Part shown: positions 1-9,928 of the stretch, piece after piece
Position numbering within the stretch: the stretch's first letter is position 1
Layout of the letters: each line of letters begins with the position of its first letter
Sequence record: PP712906.1
Strand: one strand, 5' to 3'
DNA: 64,000 nucleotides
The notes under the pieces: model-generated
What the model was told of the DNA's origin: nothing
The model's database searches: none
The model's input: only the letters and a program-made list of their open reading frames with translations
Made by a program: the position numbers and the translations under genes

Positions 1-2
1 GA

Positions 3-701
3 CTGATCAGCGACTTGCGCAAATACACTGAGCTTTCAGACGAAGATTTCTGCATTTGGCAGCAAAATCTCGACGAGCTAAACGAGCGTGCAAAGAAAGC
101 AGGTATTGTTCGAAATGAAGACGATCTCGGTTATGTTTACGGTAAAGTATGGCGTAAGCGTCTATCTGTGACTGCTGACAAAGAAGTGACTGAGTTCGAT
201 CAGATTCATCAATTGCTGTGCGATATTGCAGCGGTTAAAGAAGACCCGACGCAAAGTGCGCAGCGTCGCATGATAGTTGAAGCATGGGACCCGTACTTCC
301 ACACTGAAAGCAACTCGGTTGACGTAGCTCTACCGCCGTGTCACTATGGCTTTCAAGTGTTCGTGCGTAATGGTAAGATCAGTCTGAAGTGGAATCAGCG
401 TTCAGTTGACACATTCTTGGGTCTGCCGTTCAATATCGCATCGTATGCACTATTGGTTCACATTCTAGCACAGCTAACTGGCTTGAAAGTAGGTGAACTG
501 ATTTTCTCTGGTGGTGATGTTCACATTTATGAAGATCACATTGTGCAGGTACTGAAACAATTGCGACGTACTCCGCGTGAGTTACCGCAAATTCAACTAC
601 CTGAATTTGATACGTTGTCACAATTGTTGACTAAACGTGCAAGCGACTTTGTTGTGTACGACTATGATCCGTACCCAGCACTAAAAGGTAAAATGTCATG
701 A
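3..701 (+). CDS. td: thymidylate synthase (5'-truncated by the window edge)
   Basis: LPPCH catalytic motif, WNQRSVDTFLGLPFNIASY, GDVHIY; the frame is open to the window start. Confidence 0.97.
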   Translation: MISDLRKYTELSDEDFCIWQQNLDELNERAKKAGIVRNEDDLGYVYGKVWRKRLSVTADKEVTEFDQIHQLLCDIAAVKEDPTQSAQRRMIVEAWDPYFHTESNSVDVALPPCHYGFQVFVRNGKISLKWNQRSVDTFLGLPFNIASYALLVHILAQLTGLKVGELIFSGGDVHIYEDHIVQVLKQLRRTPRELPQIQLPEFDTLSQLLTKRASDFVVYDYDPYPALKGKMS

Positions 702-892
702 TCAGCAAAACCGATTATTTTGAACTGAAAACAGGTACGCCAATCATCGTGATTGAGCGTATTGACACAATCGACGGTGAGCTTCTAAAGCTCCCGTTCA
801 GTAAAGTTGTTGCCGCAGATGATCCGAATATCAGCGAATCGTTAGCTGACGGTAAAATTCACTATCTTTTTGACTTCGAAATAGGTGAGTAA
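698..892 (+). CDS. hypothetical protein
   Basis: Start overlaps the td stop (ATGA coupling). Confidence 0.6.
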   Translation: MISKTDYFELKTGTPIIVIERIDTIDGELLKLPFSKVVAADDPNISESLADGKIHYLFDFEIGE

Positions 893-894
893 TC

Positions 895-1101
895 ATGAAC
901 GTTGGTGAGTTCGTAGAAGGGTTGTTGACATTAATGATATATGGTATCATTGCAGTTTGTCTTATTCTCGTACTGTCAGTTGGCGGGCTTATCTTCGGAA
1001 CGTGGCTCATCATTTCGGGTCATACAATCGCTGGGTGGGTTGTTTCTGTTGTCTCAGCGATTATTTTTGCTTTCATATGCGCATTAATGAGGAATTTGTA
1101 A
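895..1101 (+). CDS. small two-TM membrane protein
   Basis: Two hydrophobic stretches; in-operon spacing. Confidence 0.6.
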   Translation: MNVGEFVEGLLTLMIYGIIAVCLILVLSVGGLIFGTWLIISGHTIAGWVVSVVSAIIFAFICALMRNL

Positions 1102-1391
1102 TGTCTTTACACATTTACGTAGAAGTTGACACCAACGACGGTGATTATGTCGGCGGTCTAACCGCAGCATCAAGTGAAGAAATCGAAAGATTTGAAACAC
1201 TTGTTCATCTTTCGGGTGATAGTCTAGCGAGTTGGACAGAAGGCGAATGCCAAGACCGCCCGAATTCAGAAGTATACCCGCAGTTTAGCGAAAATGACAT
1301 CGAGTTCATTTCCGATAAAATGCCCCACTGTGAATACGGCTTTCACACCGTTGAACAAATTAAAATTGTTGATGTGTTGAATACGCTATGA
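1101..1391 (+). CDS. hypothetical acidic protein
   Basis: ATG overlaps the upstream stop (TAATG); GAGG SD. Confidence 0.6.
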   Translation: MSLHIYVEVDTNDGDYVGGLTAASSEEIERFETLVHLSGDSLASWTEGECQDRPNSEVYPQFSENDIEFISDKMPHCEYGFHTVEQIKIVDVLNTL

Positions 1392-1708
1392 TCAATGAAA
1401 TTCTAGCTTCAAGCAAGCGAATCGACAACGGTCGAACTGTTAAAGACGTTCATATGAGCGTTGTTGAAGAAGTAGGCGAACTAGCAACTGAAGTTCGCGT
1501 CAAGTACGGCACGTCGTACAAAAACGCTGACGTTGACGGCATTCTGGGTGAAGCAGTAGACGGGATTTTGTGTCTCGTTGATCTGATTTACGTTGATAAC
1601 CCGAACATCACTGAAGCTGAAATCATGAACGTTGTTCGTAACAAGCTCGCCAAATGGGAGCGCAAAGAAAACGAACACAAAACAAAATCTGAACAAATGG
1701 TGAAATAA
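1388..1708 (+). CDS. MazG-like nucleotide pyrophosphohydrolase
   Basis: EEVGELA...GEAVD acidic all-alpha NTP-PPase motif; about 100 aa. Confidence 0.8.
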   Translation: MINEILASSKRIDNGRTVKDVHMSVVEEVGELATEVRVKYGTSYKNADVDGILGEAVDGILCLVDLIYVDNPNITEAEIMNVVRNKLAKWERKENEHKTKSEQMVK

Positions 1709-2005
1709 ATGACAAATCGTTATACATTCGAAGAAATTCTTGGTGAAGACTACGAAAACAAAGACTATCTTGACTTTCTGCTATATGGCGATGGTGACTT
1801 CTCGGGCGTAAACTTCATTGAACAAGATGGTGGTGGCGAAGGTGGTTCTGAATACTGCTACACGATTCTTGAAAAAGACGGTCGTTACTTCAAGACTGAA
1901 TACAGTTACTACAGTTACCACGGTTACGACAACTACGGTGATTCGTTCGTTGAAGTTTACCCAAAGCAAGTTACGGTCACCCAATACGTGAGCACTCCTC
2001 AGTAA
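1709..2005 (+). CDS. hypothetical acidic protein
   Basis: Abuts both neighbours; the EQDGGGEGG motif recurs in phage small ORFs. Confidence 0.65.
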   Translation: MTNRYTFEEILGEDYENKDYLDFLLYGDGDFSGVNFIEQDGGGEGGSEYCYTILEKDGRYFKTEYSYYSYHGYDNYGDSFVEVYPKQVTVTQYVSTPQ

Positions 2006-2766
2006 TGCGTATTGTTGTCGGGTCAACTGCGTTGCATCATAATGGTATTCGACTGCGTAAGACCATTAAAGATCTAGATGTATTCGTAGACTCGCCCGAC
2101 TCGGCTAACGACGGGGATGATTTTATTGTCATGCCCGTCGAGATATTGCAGATGTTCGATGGTGATATAGCAACTGCTGACGAAATATACACGATTAAGT
2201 GCAGTCATCTTGGTTGGGATGAGCATAAAGTCGGATATAGTCAGTTTGGTGGTTCGACATTGTGGGACAAGCATAAGCGTGATGTTATGGCGCTGTCGCG
2301 ATTCTGCAAAATCAAGCCTGAGCTATACGCAGCGTTGACGAATCATTGGCGAAGAACGCTTGGCAATAAAGAGTATCTGTGCTTGAACAAAGACGCAGAC
2401 GACTTCTTTAATGACAAAGTGAGATACGTATATGACCATGATGAGCTCCATCGAATGGTTGCAGCACCAAATCGCCCGTTGTATGAGAAAATTCTCAAAG
2501 ACGACTGTGATGTTTTAGTCAGTAAAGAGAAGTTCGAACAATTGTCATTCGAAGACAAGATCAATTTGTTCCACGAGGAAATTTCGGTGATTGCTATTGA
2601 ACGATATATTGTTCACGGTATGATGCCGCTGAATGCGTGGAATCATGCGTTGAAGAAGACAATTACACGGCTGACCAAGAATTGGGCATGTGATTTCATT
2701 TGTGCAAACATGAGTCATTACATGAAGCCGAAATATAATTTGAATATTCTTGAAGAAAAGGGTTGA
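2005..2766 (+). CDS. putative nucleotidyltransferase-fold protein
   Basis: N-terminal VVGSTAL...KDLDVF matches the pol-beta hG[GS]...DxD motif; helical C-terminus with YDHDELH. Confidence 0.6.
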   Translation: MRIVVGSTALHHNGIRLRKTIKDLDVFVDSPDSANDGDDFIVMPVEILQMFDGDIATADEIYTIKCSHLGWDEHKVGYSQFGGSTLWDKHKRDVMALSRFCKIKPELYAALTNHWRRTLGNKEYLCLNKDADDFFNDKVRYVYDHDELHRMVAAPNRPLYEKILKDDCDVLVSKEKFEQLSFEDKINLFHEEISVIAIERYIVHGMMPLNAWNHALKKTITRLTKNWACDFICANMSHYMKPKYNLNILEEKG

Positions 2767-2838
2767 CTGCGGTCAGCCCTTTCGCGTATTATAGCTTCAT
2801 CAACACGACGTTGACCAAAACAAAGAGAGAACATTATG
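2757..2838 (+). promoter_or_regulatory. early (sigma70-type) promoter cassette with the -35 inside a terminator-like hairpin
   Basis: TTGACT 2763-2768, TATTAT 2787-2792, CATCAACACGA 2798-2808, AAGAGAG SD. Confidence 0.8.
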
Positions 2839-3165
2839 ACTGACCTAACTAAATTCGACATCAAATTTGCTGAAATCAAAGTCGTTTATTCTATGCGTGC
2901 AGAACACCAAAAAGTAGCAATGCGCCTTGAAGACGGTACAATCATGCTGCATGAAGTGCTTTTCATGGATGCGAAAGGTTCATATTGTGAAAGTCGCAAA
3001 CTGTGGAGCACTACAGTTGAAAAGGCATGTGCATGGCCAGGTTATGAGTCAGCGCAGCTTATTGACAAAATCAAAGCAGCGGGTAAAGTGTCACTTAAAC
3101 ACTGGCGCGCAGCATCAAACGGCGACTACGAAATCTTTCGCCTTATCGAATCATTTGAGGGTTAA
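2836..3165 (+). CDS. hypothetical early protein
   Basis: Directly behind the promoter cassette; strong SD. Confidence 0.75.
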   Translation: MTDLTKFDIKFAEIKVVYSMRAEHQKVAMRLEDGTIMLHEVLFMDAKGSYCESRKLWSTTVEKACAWPGYESAQLIDKIKAAGKVSLKHWRAASNGDYEIFRLIESFEG

Positions 3166-3167
3166 TC

Positions 3168-3569
3168 ATGACAGAAGTTTACCAAATGTGGGAAAAGAAC
3201 ATCCAACGCCTTGACGAAATGCACAAGAAAATCTACGACATGGGTCAACTTGCTGCTGGTGATGAAGGCAAGTATATTTTCAAGACTGAAATGAAGCGTG
3301 AACATCTATCACGCGAGATTTCACATGAAATTGACCATAAAGGTCTAGATCTACACCATCTTATGTACAAAGGTTTGCATGAGACAGCACGTGAATATCA
3401 AAGTGCAATCATGATTTTCTGCAAAGAAATGCCTCTTGAACAGCGTCGAGAACTGTTTGACAAGATTCGCGCTGTGTTCAATATTGATGCTTACACCGAC
3501 GAAGCATGGGACGGCGTTCTTAAACGTTTTAAAGATTCACTGTTAAGCCAAGGTATGATTGAGGAGTAA
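3168..3569 (+). CDS. hypothetical protein
   Basis: Operon spacing; GAGG SD. Confidence 0.7.
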   Translation: MTEVYQMWEKNIQRLDEMHKKIYDMGQLAAGDEGKYIFKTEMKREHLSREISHEIDHKGLDLHHLMYKGLHETAREYQSAIMIFCKEMPLEQRRELFDKIRAVFNIDAYTDEAWDGVLKRFKDSLLSQGMIEE

Positions 3570-3572
3570 ATT

Positions 3573-4280
3573 ATGAGCAGCTACAATGTCAAGAAAGCAG
3601 AGTGTGAAAAGCGCGGCATTGCATTCAACTTCACAGAAGAACAATGGAAAACATTACAAAATATGAAGAACGGTGGTCGTTGTGCGTACACCAACCACCC
3701 GTTTAATCCAAGCAGCAAGAAAATGCGTGCTACAGTCGAGCGAATTGATGAGTCGATGCCGTATGAACCAAAGAATTGTGTTCTTGTGACTCAGCTTGCT
3801 AACAACGTAAAGTGTAACTACATCGAGCAGAATCAGCCCGTGAGTAAAGCAAATGCTGAAGAAGTTCATACATTGAAGCAGATTCAACGTGTTCTTGCTG
3901 ATGATAAGAAAGTCAAAAGCATCATTCAGACATATATTGAACGCTACAAAGGTGAAGTTATTGAAACTCCGATGACTGATCTTGAGATCACCAAGCTATA
4001 CGTGAAGTACGCAACTGAAGCACAGCGCAAAGGTAAGCACTTTGAAATCACGATAGGCGACTTCAAACGAACTGTATCGCGTAAACGCTGTCAGGTTAGT
4101 AAAGTATTACTGCCGAACATGAAACAGCGCGTAGTGCGCGTCATAGACGATTCTAAGCCTATTACGTGCGACAACATTCAAGTAACTTCGCGTCAAATCG
4201 ACGAAATCATGACTGCCATTGAAGAAATGGACATGACACTCGCGCAAAAACGAGCAATGATGAAATCAATTGGAGCATAA
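3573..4280 (+). CDS. srd: Srd-like protein with two tandem HNH-derived modules
   Basis: KRGIAFNFT..CAYT..PF..TVERID..Y..KNCVLV resembles the T4 Srd N-terminal module; a degenerate second copy follows. Confidence 0.55.
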   Translation: MSSYNVKKAECEKRGIAFNFTEEQWKTLQNMKNGGRCAYTNHPFNPSSKKMRATVERIDESMPYEPKNCVLVTQLANNVKCNYIEQNQPVSKANAEEVHTLKQIQRVLADDKKVKSIIQTYIERYKGEVIETPMTDLEITKLYVKYATEAQRKGKHFEITIGDFKRTVSRKRCQVSKVLLPNMKQRVVRVIDDSKPITCDNIQVTSRQIDEIMTAIEEMDMTLAQKRAMMKSIGA

Positions 4281-4281
4281 C

Positions 4282-4542
4282 ATGAGCTATTTGTTATCAA
4301 TGAACAAAGGTTGTTCAACTGTAGTAATGGTTAGTGGTGTACCGTTAGTTGTTGTTCACGAGATCGAGTACGTGACGGTTGATAAAAATGGTTATGTAAC
4401 GGGGTGGACTGACCGCCCTTATTTCGACGAAGACGATAAAACGTGGTCGTGTTACGAGCTATATGGTGAACAATGGCATCTTGCAACGATTGCAAATCCA
4501 ACACTAGAAGCAATTGAAACATTAATTGAGGTATATCCATGA
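4282..4542 (+). CDS. hypothetical protein
   Basis: Operon spacing; GGAG SD. Confidence 0.6.
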   Translation: MSYLLSMNKGCSTVVMVSGVPLVVVHEIEYVTVDKNGYVTGWTDRPYFDEDDKTWSCYELYGEQWHLATIANPTLEAIETLIEVYP

Positions 4543-4907
4543 AAAACGTAATGCAACAACTTGCAGATGAGTATCGTAACTCAGACAAAAATGATCCAGA
4601 GTTACACTGTGACATTTTTCTTTTACCCGTTAATGAAGGCGATGGGATTGATTCAGAGTACATCAAAGAAACACTTTCTGCGGTATATGCTGAAATTCGT
4701 CGATTTACGGGAATGACTCTCACTGAAGCAAGAGAATGGTTCTCGACACAACAATGTGAAACGTGGTTTGGTGAATCAAAAATCGTAAACGAAAAAGTTT
4801 ATAAGTCGTTCTACGTGCGATACGATATTCCTGAAGACTTATTGAAACCCGTATTCACGTCAGATTGGACACAGGGTCCGTCTGCAACAGTTGAGGAAGC
4901 AATTTGA
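4539..4907 (+). CDS. hypothetical protein
   Basis: ATGA coupling; GAGG SD. Confidence 0.65.
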   Translation: MKNVMQQLADEYRNSDKNDPELHCDIFLLPVNEGDGIDSEYIKETLSAVYAEIRRFTGMTLTEAREWFSTQQCETWFGESKIVNEKVYKSFYVRYDIPEDLLKPVFTSDWTQGPSATVEEAI

Positions 4908-5644
4908 GAATTTTTATTTTTAGTGGTGCTGGACTTGACGCCGAATCAGGTATCAGCACGTTTCGAGACGCAAATGGTTTGTGGGAAAATCATGATATTA
5001 TGCAAGTTTGCAATATCAATACATTCCTCAACAACTACGAGTTGACTCACAAGTTTTACAACCAACGTCGCGTGCAATTGGCAGATGTTCACCCGAACGC
5101 AGCACATTACAAAATTGCTGAACTATGCGAAAAATACGACGTTGACAATTACACTGCGAACGTTTCTGATCTATTAGAGCGTGCGGGGTGTAAAGATGTG
5201 AAGCACATTCACGGTGAATTGACCAAGATTGTGCAAGATTACACATCAAAAGACAGTACGGTCATTGACATTGGTTACAATGAATATGAACTACGCACTG
5301 GTCGACGCGATAAACCGGGTGTTGTATTCTTCAATGAAGGCGCGCCGATGTACACGCAGCTCTGGGGTGATATTGACACTCTATTGCCAAGCGACATTGC
5401 TATCGTTGTTGGTTCAACTCTCGAAATCAACCCAATCCATTGGGATTTGGCAAAAACGGGTTGTAAATTCATTTTAATTAATCCGACTGGCATTGATACA
5501 GAGAAACACACTGAATTGAATGAAGCTATCCGAATGTGTGATATTTTCATCAACAAGCCAGCCACTGAGGCATTTGATGAAATTGACAAGCATATTGAAG
5601 AACATGTTTCTATTCACTTTCCACATGGCATCCCTTCTGTTTGA
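4904..5644 (+). CDS. Sir2/CobB-family NAD-dependent deacylase
   Basis: FSGAGLDAESGISTFRD, NVSDLLERAG, HIHGEL, KPGVVFFNE, VVGSTL; TTG start. Confidence 0.92.
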   Translation: MRIFIFSGAGLDAESGISTFRDANGLWENHDIMQVCNINTFLNNYELTHKFYNQRRVQLADVHPNAAHYKIAELCEKYDVDNYTANVSDLLERAGCKDVKHIHGELTKIVQDYTSKDSTVIDIGYNEYELRTGRRDKPGVVFFNEGAPMYTQLWGDIDTLLPSDIAIVVGSTLEINPIHWDLAKTGCKFILINPTGIDTEKHTELNEAIRMCDIFINKPATEAFDEIDKHIEEHVSIHFPHGIPSV

Positions 5645-5796
5645 AGCAATCGGGATTATCATTAGTGCGAGTGGTGCTGCTGTTTCTTTCATATCAGCGT
5701 TTTTACTCATTCTAGATAAGTTGTATATTTTAGCAGTATGTGCGTCTATACTAGGCGCACTGTTAACGTACTGCTATGTGAAATTGAGTGAGGAAC

Positions 5797-7593
5797 ATGA
5801 TGTCTAAGCAAGACAATTTTCAAATTTTATCAGACAAACAACACGTGCTTAAACGCCCGGGCATGTACATCGGGTCAGTTGATAGAGAAGCACATGAACG
5901 TTTTGTTCTAGGCGAATACAAGCAAATCGAATATGTACCGGGTCTTGTGAAAATCATCAACGAAGTGATTGACAACTCTCTTGACGAGGCGATTCGTACG
6001 AAATTCAAATTTGCAAATGTCATCGAAGTCAAGGTCGAAGGCAATCGAATTACTATTGCAGATAACGGTCGCGGTATTCCGCAAGACAAGGTTATCGACC
6101 CGCATGGTAATGAACTTCTTCGACCAGAAGCTGCGTGGACTCGCACAAAGGCAGGTAGCAACTTTGAAGACGACCGAACAACGGTTGGTATGAACGGGGT
6201 TGGTGCTGCATTAACAAACTACTTCAGTCATCAATTCATCGGTAAGACGTGTGATGGTAAGAACACAGTTACCGTAAGCTGTTCGAACAACGCAGAGCGT
6301 ATTTTCGTTAGAACTTCGAAAGGTGGCACACAAGGTACGTCGGTTGAATTCATCCCTGATTTCAATCGTTTTGGTGTCTTCGGTATTTCACCACAAGACG
6401 AAGAAATCATCAAAGATCGATTGGCTGCGTTATCAGTGGCATTCCCTGAAATCACGTTCAAGTACAACGGTAAGAAGCACGCACCTACGCTGAAGCAATA
6501 CGCGAAGATGTTCGGGACTGATGTTTCATTTGAGTTTGATAACGTCGCGTTGTTTATTGCAGCGTCTGATGAATTTAGACATAATAGTTTCATCAATGGT
6601 GTGCATACTATTAATGGCGGTACGCATGTTGATTATTTCTCGAATAAATTAGCCGATGAGCTAATCCCGATGATTAAGCGCAAGCACAAAATCAACGTGC
6701 CGAAGCCACAATTGAAGAACGGATTGACAATTGGTCTGTTTATCAGAAACTTTGTTGACCCGAAATTCGATAGTCAGACAAAAGAGCGTCTAACGAGTTC
6801 TCAAGGTGATGTGTCGCCATACTTGAAAGACATTTCTTACGACAAAATTGCCAAGAAGATTTTAGCTGATGATGACATCATCATGCCAATCATCGAAGCA
6901 TTGCTTGCAAAGCAACATGCAGCGGAAGCACGCGAGTTGGCACGCAAGCAGAAAAAAGCACAGAACGCAAAAGTCGCAGATCACATCAAAGCAACTATGC
7001 CTGGTGGTACGTTGTTCTTGACTGAGGGTAAGTCAGCGATTGGTTATTTGATCAAAGTTCGTGACAGTAAGAAACACGGTGGTATTCCGCTGCGTGGTAA
7101 AGTACTGAGCACATGGGGTAAACGCCCTGCTAAGATCATGGAAAACAAAGAACTGTGCGATATTATGTCAGTTCTGAACATTCAGCTTGGCAACGACGAC
7201 ATTCGAGACATGTATTACCACGACATCGGAATCTTAGTGGACGCTGACGTTGATGGTAAAGGTTCGATCTTCCCGTTATTGCTTGCGTTTTTCTATAACT
7301 GGCCAGAGTTATACAAACAGAAGCGAATCAAATTCGTTCGTACGCCAGTAGTGATTGCGACTAACAAGAAAGAAACTAAATGGTTCTATTCTATTGATGA
7401 GTATCGCAAGGCTAAGCTGTCTAAAACGTGGAAGATTCGTTACATCAAGGGTTTGGGTTCATTGACTGAAAAAGAATACAAGAAAGTTATTAACGAGCCA
7501 GTTTTTGACGAGATTGTAATTGATGACCCATCTTGTTTTGAACTACTATTCGGTGACGACACTGATAAACGTAAGGATTGGATGACCCAATGA
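5797..7593 (+). CDS. 39: DNA topoisomerase II large subunit (gp39+gp60 fused)
   Basis: GHKL ATPase motifs EVIDNSLDE, DNGRGIP, GMNGVG; TOPRIM motifs LTEGKSA, PLRGK, DADVDG, YIKGLGSL. Confidence 0.97.
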   Translation: MMSKQDNFQILSDKQHVLKRPGMYIGSVDREAHERFVLGEYKQIEYVPGLVKIINEVIDNSLDEAIRTKFKFANVIEVKVEGNRITIADNGRGIPQDKVIDPHGNELLRPEAAWTRTKAGSNFEDDRTTVGMNGVGAALTNYFSHQFIGKTCDGKNTVTVSCSNNAERIFVRTSKGGTQGTSVEFIPDFNRFGVFGISPQDEEIIKDRLAALSVAFPEITFKYNGKKHAPTLKQYAKMFGTDVSFEFDNVALFIAASDEFRHNSFINGVHTINGGTHVDYFSNKLADELIPMIKRKHKINVPKPQLKNGLTIGLFIRNFVDPKFDSQTKERLTSSQGDVSPYLKDISYDKIAKKILADDDIIMPIIEALLAKQHAAEARELARKQKKAQNAKVADHIKATMPGGTLFLTEGKSAIGYLIKVRDSKKHGGIPLRGKVLSTWGKRPAKIMENKELCDIMSVLNIQLGNDDIRDMYYHDIGILVDADVDGKGSIFPLLLAFFYNWPELYKQKRIKFVRTPVVIATNKKETKWFYSIDEYRKAKLSKTWKIRYIKGLGSLTEKEYKKVINEPVFDEIVIDDPSCFELLFGDDTDKRKDWMTQ

Positions 7594-7820
7594 TTACAGC
7601 AAAAGAAGCACGAGCACGCAGGAAGAAACTCCCTGCTGCTGTTGAAAAATCGCTTGAGGAACTGGATTTTGCGGTGCAATGCGCCGCTCAGTCGAAGAAC
7701 CGTGTCGATTTTCGCACTGACAAACTGACCGAAAGTGAACGCGATCAACTACGAGCTATATTGATTAGCCTCGGTTATGAAGCGTTTATTGCCGGTGAAA
7801 AACTTGAGGTAATGTGGTAA
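7590..7820 (+). CDS. hypothetical protein (local paralog 1)
   Basis: AKEARAR...LGY...LEVMW pattern. Confidence 0.65.
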   Translation: MITAKEARARRKKLPAAVEKSLEELDFAVQCAAQSKNRVDFRTDKLTESERDQLRAILISLGYEAFIAGEKLEVMW

Positions 7821-8035
7821 TGAGCAATTTTCTTCGAATTCTAGAAGACATGTGTCGCGACTTTCGCGGCGAACTGAACGAAGCAGCGACTGCCGAGGTT
7901 GATTACTACCTCATTCAGATATATGTCGCGTTGCTTTCACTAGGCTTCGGCGTGCAGATTGCGATTTTCGTTGCATTTTATGCAATTTTTTACATCCCAA
8001 TGAGTATGATCGGTCGAGTGGTAGGTATTAAATAA
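7814..8035 (+). CDS. small membrane protein
   Basis: Hydrophobic C-terminal half. Confidence 0.55.
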   Translation: MVMSNFLRILEDMCRDFRGELNEAATAEVDYYLIQIYVALLSLGFGVQIAIFVAFYAIFYIPMSMIGRVVGIK

Positions 8036-8052
8036 GAGACGGAGGTGGCACT

Positions 8053-8319
8053 ATGCTAAAGTCTTTTATTGAAATATCACTGAACGAAATGACATACCAA
8101 GAGTTGCGTGATCTCACGATCAATGAGATTCACGCGCTCGTTAAGAAGCTGAAGAAACAGCTTCCGAAGAAGTACAAAGACATTATCGACGAACTAGAAC
8201 CAGACATGTATGAAGATCTGATTGCAGAAATCGCATATGATGGTGGGTTAAAAGGTAAGAAATTTGTCAACTTAAAAATCCCGAAGCGAATCTTAGATAG
8301 GTACGCTGACTACTTCTGA
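8053..8319 (+). CDS. small protein with capsid-targeting-like leader (candidate internal head protein)
   Basis: MLKSFIEISLNE leader; TATTAAATA late-like motif at 8026-8034. Confidence 0.6.
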   Translation: MLKSFIEISLNEMTYQELRDLTINEIHALVKKLKKQLPKKYKDIIDELEPDMYEDLIAEIAYDGGLKGKKFVNLKIPKRILDRYADYF

Positions 8320-8329
8320 GAGAAATATT

Positions 8330-8722
8330 ATGTTTGATGCTGCTAGTATGCGGGCCCGTTATAAGCCGAAACAACCGTCCGACCTTCAGATGCAGAAAAT
8401 CGAAGAATTTCAAGATTTTTTGTATAACACTCTGCAATCAATTGATAAAATAGCTGATACGGAACTTGAGATAAAAGTCGGCGTGAAAGCTGAATTTTAT
8501 GAATCAGCGGTTGTGCAATTTGAGAAATTAGGTTACAATATCAGAGCAGTGAAGAAGACATTCGATATTGAAAATCGAATCAATCCTCACGAGCCGCCAG
8601 AAATCGGTTACTTAAAGTACGAAACTCACAGTTTAGCACTTGCTTATGTGAATCGTATGTTGAGAGAACGCGGTTCTGAACACATGATATTGACGATAAT
8701 TGATTGGAGACGTAAGGCATGA
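8330..8722 (+). CDS. hypothetical protein (local paralog 2)
   Basis: AASMRAR...LGYNI...IIDW pattern. Confidence 0.65.
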   Translation: MFDAASMRARYKPKQPSDLQMQKIEEFQDFLYNTLQSIDKIADTELEIKVGVKAEFYESAVVQFEKLGYNIRAVKKTFDIENRINPHEPPEIGYLKYETHSLALAYVNRMLRERGSEHMILTIIDWRRKA

Positions 8723-8982
8723 TTATGAAAGCCGAAGAAGCACGAGCACGCAGCATCAAAGTAATGGAAGAGAAATTCCCAGTTGACGATCTGGAACATC
8801 TAGATGAGCGCATTGCACAAGCAACCGACGAAATGCGTTTTGGTATCAATATTCGAATTCGCGACGAAATGCCAGGTATCAATAGCCACAGTCTGAAACG
8901 ACTATTGATTGAATATCTGCGTTTGCACAATTACAACGCATTTTATGTTGATGACATCTTGGAGATTCGATGGCAAATTTAA
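8719..8982 (+). CDS. hypothetical protein (local paralog 3)
   Basis: AEEARAR...HNY...LEIRW pattern. Confidence 0.65.
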   Translation: MIMKAEEARARSIKVMEEKFPVDDLEHLDERIAQATDEMRFGINIRIRDEMPGINSHSLKRLLIEYLRLHNYNAFYVDDILEIRWQI

Positions 8983-9698
8983 AGGTTTATTACTGTAGTG
9001 ACATTCATAATGATTATCACGACGAAAACGCGCTAGAACGCATCACGGGCGACAAAGACGCTGTATTGGTAGTAGCAGGTGACATTAACAGCAAAGGGCG
9101 AACAGTGCGCGATTTAGAAGCTGTCGCCGACCGCTGGCGTGCTGTTATCGCAGTGCCGGGAAATCACGATTGGTGGGGTCTTGCGATTCACGAGCGACAC
9201 AAATTTGAAACTTCGGTTGACAATGTTCACGTATTGCTTGAAGATACAGTTCAGATTGACGACGTGACATTCTGCGAGACTACGCTGTGGCACGAAGTCA
9301 ATGACTGGTTTGAAGGTCAACGCTGGAAAGAAAACATGAACGACCGCCGTAAGATTCGCGGTCCTCAATGGCGACCTTTGTATGGTGAAGATGTTCACGC
9401 GCTTCATTGCCAATCAGTAAAATTTATCGAGAAATGTCGCGAGATTGAAGGTAAGAAAGTGTTAATAACACATCACGCCCCGTCTCTGAAGAGCATTTCA
9501 TCTTACTATGCGTACTCAAGTACGAATAGTTTTTATTGCACTGACCTTGAGCATTTGCTTGAAGGGTTCAACTTTGCAATTCACGGTCATGTTCATCAAG
9601 AATTTGACTATCACGTAAACGGCTGTAATGTACTGTGTAACCCACGTGCATACGGCTCAGAAAACCCAGATTATGGGCTTAGGATTTTCGACATATGA
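8970..9698 (+). CDS. calcineurin-like metallophosphoesterase
   Basis: SDIH, AGDI, PGNHD, ITHHAP, IHGHVH motifs. Confidence 0.93.
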   Translation: MANLKVYYCSDIHNDYHDENALERITGDKDAVLVVAGDINSKGRTVRDLEAVADRWRAVIAVPGNHDWWGLAIHERHKFETSVDNVHVLLEDTVQIDDVTFCETTLWHEVNDWFEGQRWKENMNDRRKIRGPQWRPLYGEDVHALHCQSVKFIEKCREIEGKKVLITHHAPSLKSISSYYAYSSTNSFYCTDLEHLLEGFNFAIHGHVHQEFDYHVNGCNVLCNPRAYGSENPDYGLRIFDI

Positions 9699-9883
9699 CT
9701 TTTTTTCTTGGTTACTTACTAATCGGTGCTTTGCTTACTATCGCTATCAACCCTCAATTGAGTAAGCACTTTAAGCAAATGGGTGGCGAAAGCATCATTC
9801 TTATGAATGTAGCATCGGTAGTACTGTCGCCGTTATTCGTAGTTATCCTGCTGATTAAAAAACTGTTTGGTAAACTAAAATAA
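9695..9883 (+). CDS. small membrane protein
   Basis: Two hydrophobic segments; ATGA coupling. Confidence 0.55.
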   Translation: MTFFLGYLLIGALLTIAINPQLSKHFKQMGGESIILMNVASVVLSPLFVVILLIKKLFGKLK

Positions 9884-9928
9884 CGTATTAAATACGTGCG
9901 TCTAATAATAACTTAAAAGGTAATACAA

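Noticed and set aside
5797-7593. Fused gp39+60 topoisomerase subunit
   Set aside because: The fused form is common in T4-like phages; the split is the T4 peculiarity.
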